DNA from: Octopus sinensis
Taxonomy: Eukaryota
NCBI RefSeq assembly: GCF_006345805.1
Contig: NC_043003.1
Span: 59,210,001 to 59,274,000, forward strand
Reading direction: 5' to 3'
Length of the DNA stretch: 64,000 bases
Numbering within the stretch: position 1 is the first letter of the stretch; each line of letters starts with the position of its first letter. This document shows, in pieces, positions 1-12,119 of the stretch. The notes beneath the pieces are model-generated. The model was not told where the DNA came from. It saw nothing but the letters and a program-made list of their open reading frames with translations, and made no database searches. The translations under genes were made by a program, and so were the position numbers.

Positions 1-150
1 GGTTTGTTTACCTCCCAATAATAAGTGGTTCGACAAAATAGAACAATATTATTGGTACTAGAATTAGAAATGAGTATAGGTTCGGTTTGTTCGATTAAAA
101 CTTTGATGGCGGTTTCCCAGCATAGCTAATTCCAATGACTGAAACATGCA
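1..150 (+). mobile_element. Degenerate 3' tail of a tRNA-derived SINE (family B below)
   Basis: ...ggcggtttcccagcatagctaattccaatgactgaaacatgcaaaag resembles the tail of the better-preserved copy at 50875-51295 (ggtgctccagcatggccacagccaaatgactgaaacaagtaaaag). Confidence 0.45.
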
Positions 151-1099
151 AAAGATGTAAAAAAAAATGAGGTAACAACTCTTATGAAACTAAGCCAATT
201 AGATTCAAGACAGATTCTATAGAATACAAGTATTTTCAATAATATAACTCGCAAAGTGCAAATTCTACACGGAGCACATTTTCTAAACTTTCACCCACTT
301 ATACTACATCAGTTTTCACAAGAAAGAAGAGTAACCCAACAATAAACAAAACAAAATTAATCTCACAATGAAGCAAATTAGTTGTACTGTCTATTCGCCA
401 AAAGATGATACCACGTACGCAATAAAGAGAAACACCTGTCGGTAAGGTGAAAAACTCACATGAACCTACTAAATGAAACCAGCACAATAATAATAGCGAT
501 AGTAACAAAAATTAAATCGATAATGTTTTACGGGTTTTTGTTGATTATTTTCCACTTAACACAGATAATATTTATAACATTGCTGCTTTTTCTGTATTTT
601 GTGAATATATATGGTGTTGGTTTATTGAATAAAGATAGGTGAAATATATAGACACTGTGAGGTTAATGTATTTTTAGTATATATAAAAGTGCAGTGTAAC
701 AGTTGTAATACAATGTAGTTAGTTACACAAAGTAGTAAAGTGGAATGTTTTATTTTCAGAAATTTTGTTCCATGCCGATATGTGTTACACAATATATACA
801 AAAAGAAGCATTAAAAACATAAGAAAACAATATTTTATTAACAATTAAAGATAATTCACTACTTGTTCCATTCTTTCTTCGTATGTCGAACTTATATAAT
901 ATCATATAAAATTAATTTAAAGGAAGATTGATAATAATCTTGCTTCATTTGTTATTTTCCTAGTTATTAAACAAATTGTAACAGTACTTTAATGTCTCCC
1001 ATATAACAATAGAAATAAAAATTTCATTTAATTTCCCAATTGGTTAATTTGAGAAAATAAAAGATTTATTTCTAATTTATCACATTAAAGTTACCTTTT

Positions 1100-1520
1100 G
1101 TATTTCATGAAAACTCTCAGCTTATTTTGCTGATATGATGGAACATGTCAGCTCCTCACAGCCACCTTACTGACACTTGTTTGCTAATCATGCTTCAAGA
1201 ACCCTGCAGAGAGCTCTTGTAGTTCCAAACAATGGTGATTTTTGTAGGTGTTCTATCTTTACATTTGAGCCACATTGGTAGTCGGGTGCTGAAACGTCCA
1301 AGCGCGCCAATCACTATCGGTATCTTGTTTACCCTCTTCATTGCCCACAATCTGCGTATTTCCCAATTCAATACATCGTAGTTGTTCTCTTTTTCTCTTT
1401 CAAGTCTATCCTGTTTCTACTAGGAGATGCTATGTCAATTATCAGGCATGTTTTTTTCCCGTTCATTATCTGTAGGTTTTTTCTCTTCCGTTCATTACCA
1501 GACATATTTTAATATTTTCT
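1100..1520 (-). mobile_element. R4/Dong-like LINE 3' fragment (RLE C-terminus), decayed
   Basis: Minus-strand translation gives KTCLIIDIASP...EIRRLWAMKRVNKIPIVIGALG...HLQKSPLFGTTRALCRVLEA*, the typical RLE-LINE C-terminus, with frameshifts. Confidence 0.75.
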
Positions 1521-1524
1521 GTTC

Positions 1525-2205
1525 TCACCTTTATCATAATTATTGTTATTTCTCTTTATCACATGTTTTGTTGGAGCTCCTGGAATCTTGCATGCGTAGC
1601 GGCTTGCGACTTGCAGACTACGGTTTCATGCTATCCGTTCTTTTCAATTATCGAACACTTCCCTGATTGTTGGCCGTGCCAAGGGAGAAACAAAACTTTT
1701 GTAACACTTCATCTGGCACTCTATTCCAATTTCCTTTATATTCCTCTTGATGCCTTCTGATACTGTCCCCAAGGACCCAACAATAATTGGCATTATCTTC
1801 ACCCTTTTCATTTTCTATAACCGGGCTATTTCGTACTTAAAAGGTTTGTATTTATCTATCTTTTCACCTTTCTTCTTGATTATTCGTGTATCAAATGGGC
1901 ATACACCATCAATAATGTAGCACATGTGGTACACCTTGTCCACCACCACTAAATCCAGTATGTTATCCTCTAGCACCTTATCTGTTTGGATAGGGAAATC
2001 CCAGAGGATTTTGCTAGTCTTCGACTCCGCCACTCTCTGCAGTTTGTGCTCATACCAAATTTTGCCTTAGCCCCTACTTTCCACAGTTTCCAATGTAACA
2101 CTGATCGTGTACTTGTAGTGGTTTTGGGCAAGTCTAGGGCATTCGATCGTGATATGGGCAATGGTTTCGTCTACTCTATTGCAGATGCGGCTCAGCAGTG
2201 ACATT
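1525..2205 (-). mobile_element. R4/Dong-like LINE 3' fragment (CCHC knuckle + RLE)
   Basis: ORFs 2067-2273 (CNRVDETIAHITIECPRLAQ) and 1815-2033 (KILWDFPIQTDKV...CYIIDGVCPFDTRI..EKIDKY), then MKRVKIMPIIVGSLGTV; degenerate AAT tail near 1525-1550. Confidence 0.85.
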
Positions 2206-2206
2206 T

Positions 2207-2207
<1 letters not shown>

Positions 2208-2255
<48 letters not shown>

Positions 2256-2258
2256 CAT
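2208..2258. repeat. (ATT)n microsatellite between two LINE fragments
   Basis: Direct reading. Confidence 0.95.
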
Positions 2259-3335
2259 CTCATATACACACAACAGATTGAGCTGTTGGAGAAGAAAAAT
2301 CCAAACATCGGGCTACAACAAGTAACTTTAGCTGTCCAGAACCCTCCTAAGTATTCTAGTTGCCCCTAATAATATTTTTCTGGTGCTGTAATACAATAGG
2401 ATTTATGCCTATTTCCTCTATCCACCGGTTCAAACCTTTAAGAATAGTTACTAATACGCCTATAACTACAGGATACATTTTATCCGCACTTTCTGTAGCC
2501 CATAGGCTAGGTCCTGGTACTTTGATATTTGTTCTATACTTCTCATATTGATTTTCTCATCATTTGGGACTGAAAAGTCAATTATCCGGCACTTTTCACT
2601 TTGTCTACTACAACACTAAATCAGGCCTTCTAGATTCTATTACTCTGTCCGTGTGAATGTAAAAGTCCTATAACATCTCATATTTCTTACTTTCTAGTAA
2701 TTTACTAGTTTCATGTTCAGAGTATTTATCATATGTAGTCAAATCCTAGCTTTCTACATAAGACCTAGTGGATTATTCTCCCAAGGTTGCCAAATTTTTC
2801 CTTGTATTCCTTGTGTGCCAATATGCTACATTCACTTACTCTATGAGTAACATTTTCCTCTTTTGATTTACATAACCTACACTGGGAACCTACCTTGTTT
2901 TTGCCCGTCTTGGCTTTTAATAAATTAGTCTTCAGCGCTTGATCTTGTGCTAGTGCTAAGAAACATTCCTCTCCCTTTTGAGCCTTACTTTCTGCAAACG
3001 TTAATACCATGTCTCACTATTACTATTTCCTGTAACTATCTTTGCGAATCTGCCATGCAAAGCCCTCTCTTACCAATCTAATACTCTTATTTTTTCTGGT
3101 TTTAACTTTATTTGGCTCTTTGATTTCCCTATGTCTGGCTGTGACTTTAGCAGCCCTTCATAAACTTTCTCCACTATTACCTACATAAGAGGCTATATCT
3201 ACTCTAGCTAACTCCATAGTCTTCTAGATATCAACCCTCTTCTGCCTTCCTTTGTAGTTAAGTATAATCTCGCTGCTCCTGCTCTTGGTTGAAGTCCTCC
3301 ATTCATATTGAATTTCTTCCTAGTTCTGTCTAGAT
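2259..3335 (-). mobile_element. R4/Dong-like LINE 3' fragment (post-RT region, CCHC, RLE), decayed
   Basis: ORF 2765-3010 contains LAQDQALKTN...CRLCKSKEENVTHRVSECSILAHKEY; RLE remnant 2340-2560; ends in an (AAT)n tail on the minus strand. Confidence 0.8.
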
Positions 3336-3415
3336 TTGCTAATGCATGTATGTATGTATGTATGTATCTATTTATCTATCTACACCCTCCACACACACAT
3401 GTGAGAAATAACACG

Positions 3416-3562
3416 AATGGCAATTGAGAAAAAAAATTACATTATAATCTTCAGTAGCTTACAGATGTTTCTGCTATAGCTGAATGCTTGTGTATCACCT
3501 TATGATAGAAACAGTTGTATGATAATGAAGTTCATTACATAATTTCTTACTGAATTGCCATT
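3416..3562. repeat. Small fold-back (inverted repeat) with a hammerhead 3'-half-like motif in each arm
   Basis: aatggcaatt...ttacagatgtttct (3416-3472) is the imperfect reverse complement of agaaacagttgta...aattgccatt (3507-3562). Confidence 0.55.
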
Positions 3563-3617
3563 TATGTAATTTCTTTATTTCATTCTCTACTCGATTGATA
3601 GTTTCTTCTGAGGCATA

Positions 3618-4188
3618 TATTGGGTTGTCCGGAAAGTTCGTGCCGATTTATAGTAGCTTAAATTTCGACTTATTTTAGGACATGATTGAGTCCATGAAAT
3701 AGGATTTGACTACATCTCCATTTAGAGCACAGTTTAAGCTATCTTTTCGTGGCAGAAGGTTTATGTTCTTATAACCTGTGTTAATTCTGTAACCCTTTAA
3801 AATGGAAGATAAGAAAGTTCATTTTCGGCACTTGATGCTTTGGGAACAAGACAAAAATTGCTGCAGCTCGGCTGGGATGTGTTACATCACCCTCCATATT
3901 CACCTGATATTGCTCCTTCGGATTTCCACTTATTCAGGTCTTTGTAGAATAGTCTTAATGGTAAACAATTTCAATTCCTTCGATGACATAAAAAGATACC
4001 ATGCTAAATTCTTTGCCATGAAACTACATCACTTCTGCGAAGATGATATTTTCAAGTTAAAGGAAAGATGGAGTCGCATTGAGCAACAAAATGGTTCATA
4101 TTTGGTTGATTAAAAATGTAATGGCAAATATTTATTGGCCCTTTTCTTTCCTTTAAAAATCGGCACGAACCTTCCGGACAACCCAATA
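3618..4188 (+). mobile_element. Non-autonomous mariner (D,D34D type) internal-deletion derivative
   Basis: About 32-bp TIRs (tattgggttgtccggaaagttcgtgccgattt / aaatcggcacgaaccttccggacaacccaata), TA on both sides; MEDKKVHFRHLMLWE is fused to (T)RQKLLQLGWDVLHHPPYSPDIAPSDFHLF. Confidence 0.92.
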
Positions 4189-6324
4189 TATTGAGCGTAA
4201 TATTAGGTTATTAGTATCGCCATGCCTAAGAAAAATTTTAAAATACATATAAATATGAATATATGCTTACACACACACGCACACTGACAGACATACACCC
4301 CCCACATGTATATGTACACATCCTATGTTGAATATTTTATAAATATATATATCTATACATATTAAATTGTATTATGTTAAAAACACACACACACAGCCAT
4401 AATATTAAGCTTAACTTGAGCCATCTTCTGAATTGCTTGGATGCAACAATTCTGAGTAAATCAACATCCCCGAAACAATTCAAGATTGCCAGCATCTTTT
4501 CGAAGAAATTCATCCAAAATATAGTTAATCCATTGAATGTATTCATTTTAGGTATTAATAAAATCTGTAAAAGACCGGGCACTGCTGCCCGTTCATTATT
4601 AAAACAGCAGTTTAATTTCCTGTTTTGCTTTTGTCAGTGTGCAATTAATTATGTGTGGACTCTCAGTAATTTTCTGTTTACACATCGTCAAATAAGTTTG
4701 AATATATTCATTCTCGTCATTCACTCAATCACAATTGATATGAAATTGCACCTAGCTTCATTTTTCTAATTAACCATTGATTAACAAAAGCAGTGAAAGT
4801 CTGCGAAGGCAAAATCCCTATAAAATCTGCGAAAATTTAAAAAATCATTTCGATGAATGTAAACATACTAAAATAAAGGGGCAGAATTAACTTATTGTTA
4901 TTTTTATTGTTGTTCAGGTTTTATCATGCGACTTTCGTTTATTGATTGTTATTTCTATTGCAAGGGAAAGAATCGCCTTGCTAGAAGTCAATATTATTTT
5001 ATTGTTTTTGTGAAGCTTTGGTTATCGTCATTTAAAATAATCTTATGACACGAACGTAGCTGATCAAAACATTCTAACAGTGTTCTAATCTTACTTTTAT
5101 ATTGATATATCCAGGAAGAATAATACTTAATAAAGTATACAGTTGCTCTGAGTCGGTTGTTGTTTGTGTAATTAACGAGAGCTATGCCTAGAGTTGTAGT
5201 GTTAAAATCAATACCTTCTAAAATGTACACGAATAAAATGGTTCAACTTTTTCACGATACCTGCATAGGAACTAAATATCCTTTGTCACCATTAGAGATT
5301 GATCTGCTATGAAGCCCAACGCCAGGTAACGAAAACTGGCTGAGTTATTACAGCATGTGTCTAATATCTTTGCTTGCGTGCCATAGAGGAAGAATGTGGC
5401 ATTGCTGAATTTGTAACACGAATTTGCTTTTAATTTAACGTTTAACTTGAGAGGGGAAGCATTAATGAGCATTTATTTCACCAGGGCTCCAAGTCATTTG
5501 GGATGAAGGGTAGAATCTATCCTAAAACTGTTTTTTTTTACCGAGATCTTAGCCTAAACAAGCTCTGTTGAAGCCGCTCTAGGACAGGGAGGTAGTGTGA
5601 AACTAGAGAAAGAATTATGATGATTCAAGAACTCAATACAGTGAACCTGGGCAAATATTTCAAATGTTTTGTCCAAACTCTAATAACTTTGCTAATCCAT
5701 GTCCCTGGACTAGTACTTTCGAACTCAGAAAGATATTATGGTAAGTGAATCGCGGCGGAATTTGAATTCAGAAAGCAGAGATCTGGAGCAAATACCGCAA
5801 GGTAATCTGTCCTAAATTCTTAAGATACCACCAAATTGCAGAATAATAATTATTTTTGATAATTTGTTTTATGATGAACAGCAATAATTAAGTTTGTTTC
5901 TATTGTTAGGGTTGGCAGAGACTTCATGACAATTTTGACGTAGGAAACAGATCCTTAACTCTTATGAATATTGATACTATAAATTAAACATGATGAGATT
6001 CGTCATCATCTTTCTTTAGCTATGTATAAATGTTTTATGTAACATTTACAGTTTTGTGAAATATTTTCTTGATTATTGCATACCAACATATATTAATAGT
6101 AGGCATGGATATGTGGTTCCGAGTAATTCAAGCGAACTAAAATACTCTCCTATATCTACACCTGAGCCAGGTCGAGTTCGCAACCGCAAGGGAGTTGACC
6201 AAGCTATCTGAGAAACGTGCTAAAATCGGATGCCAAATAAACTTTCTTTGTATTATAGTGCATTGTTGTACCATTCAAAAACTTTTTATTCTTTATCAAC
6301 AAGTAATTTGTGTTTATATATGTA

Positions 6325-6443
6325 TGTACAAATTTCTATGTCATGTTCTCTGTATGTATTCTCATGCATATTGTTGCATGTGTAGACATGCTCATATATA
6401 CTTAAATGATAAGCTTCGGGAAACAGATTTTTACAGCCTCAGG
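6325..6443 (-). mobile_element. Extreme 3' end of the second RLE-LINE family (same as 57886-58250)
   Basis: The reverse complement matches 58150-58250 (TVKIC...II* plus 3' UTR atatgagcatgtcta...atgcatgagaatacataca); flanked by (TATG)n. Confidence 0.7.
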
Positions 6444-6900
6444 TATATATGCACATATGTATGTATGTACGTATGTATGAATGTATGTCTGTATGTATGT
6501 ATATATACAAACAAACAAACACACACACACACACGTATATATAAGTAAACGCATACATACATTATGTGTGATTATTTTCGTGTCGGTATTTATGCTTCTT
6601 TATGTAGCTTTTAGCAATGCAGTTGCATATTTCTGTTCCTTTAGATGGCATGAATTTCGATTGAATTGCTGGACTGAAATGCTTCTTAGGTTCCTTATTA
6701 TTGAAGGCAGTGACTCAGCATGATTAGTTACCTAAAATAAATAAAATAGAAATGAAAATAGAAATTTTCTCGCTTGCATCTAAGCCCGTCTTTGATGTGC
6801 AAAATAGCTTACGCTCGTTTTACTCTTGTCTTATCTTTTATAACGGACCGTTATTATCTATTGAGTACTTTCATTTAACTTACTGTAGGTGATATTCTGT

Positions 6901-7117
6901 GGAGGCGCGTGGCTTAGTGGTTAGGGAGTCAGCATCATGATCGTAAGATTGTGGTTTCGATTCCTGGACCGAGAGACGCGTGTGTTCTTGAGCAAAACGC
7001 ATCATTTCACGTTGCTCCAATCCACTCAGCTGGAAAAATGAGTAACGCTGCGATGAACTGGCGTCCCGTTCGGTTGGGGAACACATACGCCATTGAAACC
7101 GGGAATCCGGGCGCATT
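6901..7117 (+). mobile_element. tRNA-derived SINE
   Basis: A box tggcttagtgg, B box ggtttcgattcc, then gtgttcttgagcaaaac and gatgaactggcgtcccg body shared with 54900-55205. Confidence 0.85.
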
Positions 7118-8121
7118 TATTTTATCTTTAGGTGATATTCTAATGCTTGTAATTTTACGTTTAAACAATAGCACATTTCGAACGCTACTCCACATAATTT
7201 AGCGCTAATACCTATAAAGAATCGTGCCAAGCGCTAACGGTTCCACCAAGAATTTCAACAACAGCAAGACCTCTTCAAGGAAATATTCTTGCTCTTTTTC
7301 CATTTGATATTGCAGTAGGCTATTCATTTCGGTGAAATCTTTGTAAAGGTTTCACTATCAAGCAGAAACGATCAAGGTATCAGAAGCGTGCGTATTTCTC
7401 GAATTTTGACCATGCTGATGAGCTTGCCCATACAATTCATCAACAGTATGGTGTCCCAAAACAAACTTTCAGAAATCTACAGGCAAAGTCGATCTCTTTC
7501 TCAATAGAATAATGATTGAATACATGACCATCAATGGAGATGGAAACCACTTGCTAATTTATTCCAACGATCGCACAGCTAAAAAAGTGATTGTCGTTAA
7601 GTACTCTGAGTCCTATGTTGTTGAGAGTAAGGAGGATCTTCTTATACGCAAGGAGCCACACTAAAGTGCTTGTCACAGTCTCAAAATATTTAGAAATGAA
7701 AAATGTCAAAGACAAAGACAACAGTGCTTACTTTCTTAAGGACATTTGAACAGAAAATTCTTCTCCGTCGAGTCGAAACTTGGATTATAAAGAAGGATCA
7801 GCTTCATCAATCTATATTATAATTGCTCAAATAGGCTATCATGCTGAACGAAAGGCCATATTAGACGTTATAACTTTAAGATTTCCGTACTATAAATGTA
7901 GGGAAAGAACACTCAAATACAGACCACTAAACTACAGTGCAGTGAAAGATGACATAATACTGAAGTTCCACAACAGTTAATAGGGTACAGAATTTTCCGT
8001 AAAATGCCCCCCAATTTCGGCCACTTGAAGAGGCTATTATTAATTTACATATTCTTCATCCTATTCTTCTTCACAGTCAAGAACATTTTCGCGTAAGAAT
8101 AATAGATATGAACAAACATTA

Positions 8122-8218
<97 letters not shown>

Positions 8219-8416
8219 GTCTATCTGTCTATCTGTCTGTCTGTCTGTCTGTCTATCTGTCTGTCTATCTGTCTGTCTGTCTATCTGTCTGTCTCTCTGT
8301 CTGTCTATCTATCATCTATCTATCTGTCTATCTGTCTATCTATCTATCTGTCTGTCTATCTATGTGTCTATCTATGTGTGTCTATATATCTGTCTATCTA
8401 TCTATCTATCTATCTA
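8122..8416. repeat. (TATC)n/(TGTC)n microsatellite
   Basis: Direct reading; source of the YLSI-repeat ORF. Confidence 0.95.
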
Positions 8417-8519
8417 TAATAATAAAGGGTAAAATTAATTAATCAATAATTAATAATTTTACCAAGTAGTTCTATATGTTACAAGAACCATTATCGGTAA
8501 ACTTATACAAAATTTACTA

Positions 8520-9200
8520 TAATAATAAACATAAATATAATTAGAGTTCAGCAAATTGCTTCATCAAATACCGAAATTTAGAAATAGCAGTTAAATACTA
8601 TTCCACTACCATAAAATATCTCCCAGACAGCAATACTCCCAAGCCACGCAGGTAAACAGAAAACATAAAGAAACCACCTGGCTTTGATCAACTATATACG
8701 CTTTTCTGGATTAAAAATATGTAAAACGTAAATTTTACTCACTTTATTATTATTGATAATATAATTAACTCCCTGATAGTAAACTGCAGTTTCTGCGGGA
8801 TTACTTGTAACACTCATGGGTGATTGGGGAAGAATGCGAGTTCTCACTCGTCTGTATAAATTCGGAAGTATTGGTTTTTGGATATCAGTTGTTCGATGGC
8901 GCTTGGTCGAATGCATATTTTAATTATTAGTACTCTCAGATTTATAATTGAAATACTATACTGAAGACGGAAATAAGTGAGGAAAAATAAGATTTTACAC
9001 CCCTTTAATCCAGAAACACGTATGTAGTTTATGAAAGCCGGGTGGATTCGTTATTTTTTCTCTTTACCTGCGTGAGTTGGGAGTATTGCTGTCTGGGATA
9101 TATCTTAGGGTAGTGAAATTGTATTTAACTGCTATTTCTAAATTTCGGTATGTGGTGAAGCAATTTTGCTGAAGCCTAATTATAATCATGCTTATAATTA
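8520..9200. mobile_element. Penelope-like pseudo-LTR fold-back (inverted arms about 8520-8748 and 8972-9200)
   Basis: The arms are reverse complements (e.g. ccgaaatttagaaatagcagttaaatac vs gtatttaactgctatttctaaatttcgg); contains a hammerhead; flanked by (TATC)n on both sides. Confidence 0.65.
8955..9028 (+). ncRNA. Type I hammerhead ribozyme motif (slightly mutated)
   Basis: Helix I actata/tgtagt, core CTGAAGA 8961-8967, helix II (c)gga/tcc(a), GAAA 9013-9016, CACG-TA cleavage triplet; the opposite arm reads GAAAAGCGTATATAGT, implying a GAAACGCGTA consensus. Confidence 0.6.
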
Positions 9201-9209
9201 TATAATTTT

Positions 9210-9318
<109 letters not shown>

Positions 9319-10339
9319 ATATATAACATTCTATACATATATAAATATGCTTATATATATGTATGAATATATGTGTTTGTATATACTTACATATATACAT
9401 ACATGCATGCATACATACATACATACATACATACATACATACATACACATATATATAATCATATATGCACATATAAATATAGTAATTTATGATTGTGAGT
9501 GTACATCTATTACTGCGCGTATGTGCGTGCGTATTTGTGACTCAGCGCTTGATAAATACTATTAGTTTTTGTACGCCCTCATAACTCTAAAAGTTCGGCA
9601 AAAGGTGGCCGATAATAATAGGTACAATGCTTAAAATGAGCACTGGCGTCAATTTGATCTACAAAAAACCTGCGAGTAGGTGTTGTAGCCTGGCCGCAGA
9701 ACAATAAATGATACAAGCAAAAGAATAAAAGAGAATATATGAAAAGTTGCTTCAGAACAATTTGTAGTAAGAAATTCAGCTACTCTCTGGAAACACGGTT
9801 AGCCCATGCGATCGGTTTCATTTTTATCAATTGCTATCTATGAAACATACCTTTGTGTGTGCACATCTCTGTGTACAGGTTTCACAATAAATAATTATGC
9901 TTTGTTCTAAATTTCAGTGCGGCTTTGCAAGGGCGACCGATATTGTCGCGTCTTTAACATCCGTGGGGCAGAAGTCACACATAAAACAAATAAGTAAAAC
10001 ATAAAAAGAATTATCTTCACTTAGGAGGCACCTTATCAGATAGAGAGCGCAGCTAATAGGAAAAGGCGAAGAAAATGACACAAAACGAAAATAGAAGCAG
10101 ATGGTCTGATATAAAAATCCTAATTCCAATCTTCAGAGACCTCTTCCCCTCTTGAAATTACCATTGGAACAAATTAGCTAACAGAATGTCAATTAGGAAG
10201 ACCACTGATGGAGTATGAAGATCTGCTCAAAGAAAACTTCCGAAAAAAATTCCGTTCATTTTACTTGAGAAGCGAAAAGGAAAGGATGCTGGGAATTGAG
10301 CAAAATAATTATTGTCACAGAATGAATCTGGTGACAGTC

Positions 10340-10404
10340 GTTGTTGTTGTTGTTATCATCATCATCATCATCATTATTATTACTATTATCATTATTACTA
10401 CTAC

Positions 10405-10448
<44 letters not shown>

Positions 10449-10941
10449 GCATTATCATTATTACTATCATCATTATTACTATCATCATTATTACTATTAT
10501 TACTATTATCATTATTACTATCATCATTATTACTATCATCATTATTATTATTATTACTATTATTATTATTACTATCATCATTATTATTATTATTACTATT
10601 ATTATTATTACTATCATCATTATTATTATTATTACTATTATTATTATTACTATCATCATTATTATTATTATTATTATATTATTATTACTATTATTATTAT
10701 TACTATCATCATTATTATTATTATTACTATTATTATTATTACTATCATCATTATTATTATTATTATTATTATTACTATTATTTCTATTATTATTACTATC
10801 ATCATCATCATTATTATTGTTATTATTATTACTATTATTACGATTATTATTATTACTATCATCATCATCATTATTATTTATAAGATGAGAAGGTACAACA
10901 ACAACAACGGCAGCAGCAACAACAAACATGATAATAATGAC

Positions 10942-11025
<84 letters not shown>

Positions 11026-11059
11026 TAACAATAATAATAATAATAATAATAATGATAAC

Positions 11060-11112
<53 letters not shown>
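10340..11112. repeat. Compound triplet array: (ATT/ATC/ACT)n then (AAT)n
   Basis: Direct reading; explains the poly-I/L/N ORFs at 10208-11252. Confidence 0.95.
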
Positions 11113-11127
11113 TAAGAAATAGTAGAC

Positions 11128-11340
11128 GGATAAGAGCTGGCGATATCGTTAGAACGCTGGAAAACTGCTTTGCGGCATTTCTTTCTGTTTTACGTTTTGA
11201 GTTAAAATGTCTCCGGGGTCATCTTTTCCTTTCATTCTTTTGGGGTCGATAAAATAAGTAACTATTTCACCTGGGATCGATTACATCGACTACTCGCTTC
11301 CTTTAAAATTTCAGGCCTTGTGCCTATAGTAGAAAGGATC
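11128..11340 (+). mobile_element. tRNA-derived SINE family A, degenerate
   Basis: gagctggcgatatcgttag...ggggtcgataaaataagta...ggccttgtgcctatagtagaaagg matches the copies at 16833 and 34664. Confidence 0.7.
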
Positions 11341-11892
11341 ATCATCATCATCATTATTATTATTGAATGAGAGAGCAGTGCATGCCATCAAAGCAATGCT
11401 GGGATAAAATATACGAACCCCAGAGTACCCATCATGACTATCCGTCTGATAAGGGTACACCAGAGACATGCATCACAACTATATGTGCGCTACATGGTGA
11501 TCTCATATCAAGATAAACAACGCATGACCTTGCAGGTGGGGCACAGTTAGAATTTTCTTCAGGTTGAGTAGCCCATCCCGCTTAAAAGGTCCCAGAATAA
11601 GGGCTGTTTAAAGATGTTGAACGAAGCACCCATGTTTCCAGAGGTGAATTATTCAAACCCCAAAGAATCCCTCTCAACACATGGCTATGATGCTCCCCCA
11701 CTACTTCTGCTCGTGATCAGAGATGCACATATCGTCAGCCACTAAGGGACATGCTCAACTGGTTAAGACCAAACAACTGACAAGCAAATTTGTGATATTG
11801 AGCAGAATGTTCGCTGGAGCCCATCATTTATACAAAACAACATACATAACACTTCCCATCAGAAGCCATGAGAGCCACTGCTTGGTACTGCA

Positions 11893-11913
11893 TCGGGGCA
11901 GTTATTATTATTA

Positions 11914-11949
<36 letters not shown>

Positions 11950-12078
11950 CATCATTATTATTATCATTATTATTATTATTATTATTACTATTATTATTGT
12001 TATTATTATTATTATTATTATTGTTATTATCATCATCATCATCATCATCATTATAATAATAATAATGATTATTATTAC

Positions 12079-12118
<40 letters not shown>

Positions 12119-12119
12119 T
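11893..12119. repeat. (ATT)n array acting as tail/target of the adjacent LINE
   Basis: Direct reading. Confidence 0.95.

Noticed and set aside
4374-4769. Candidate host exon(s) in overlapping ORFs 4337-4769
   Set aside because: No recognisable protein family and no convincing splice-site pair.
6901-6970. tRNA genes at SINE heads (also 32657, 54900, 50875)
   Set aside because: A/B boxes run straight into SINE bodies, with no complete cloverleaf.
7410-7490. CTGATGA at about 7417 (similarly about 33190, 53108, and minus-strand 57497)
   Set aside because: Helix II and GAAA/helix I could not be paired convincingly; a 7-mer is expected by chance at this length.
7200-8000. Possible Helitron helicase or other transposase remnant
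   Set aside because: Six-frame reading gave no clear conserved motif.
9990-10330. Possible hAT/BED-finger remnant (SSLRRHL, GRPLMEYEDL)
   Set aside because: Only two short motif-like strings in different frames; no termini.
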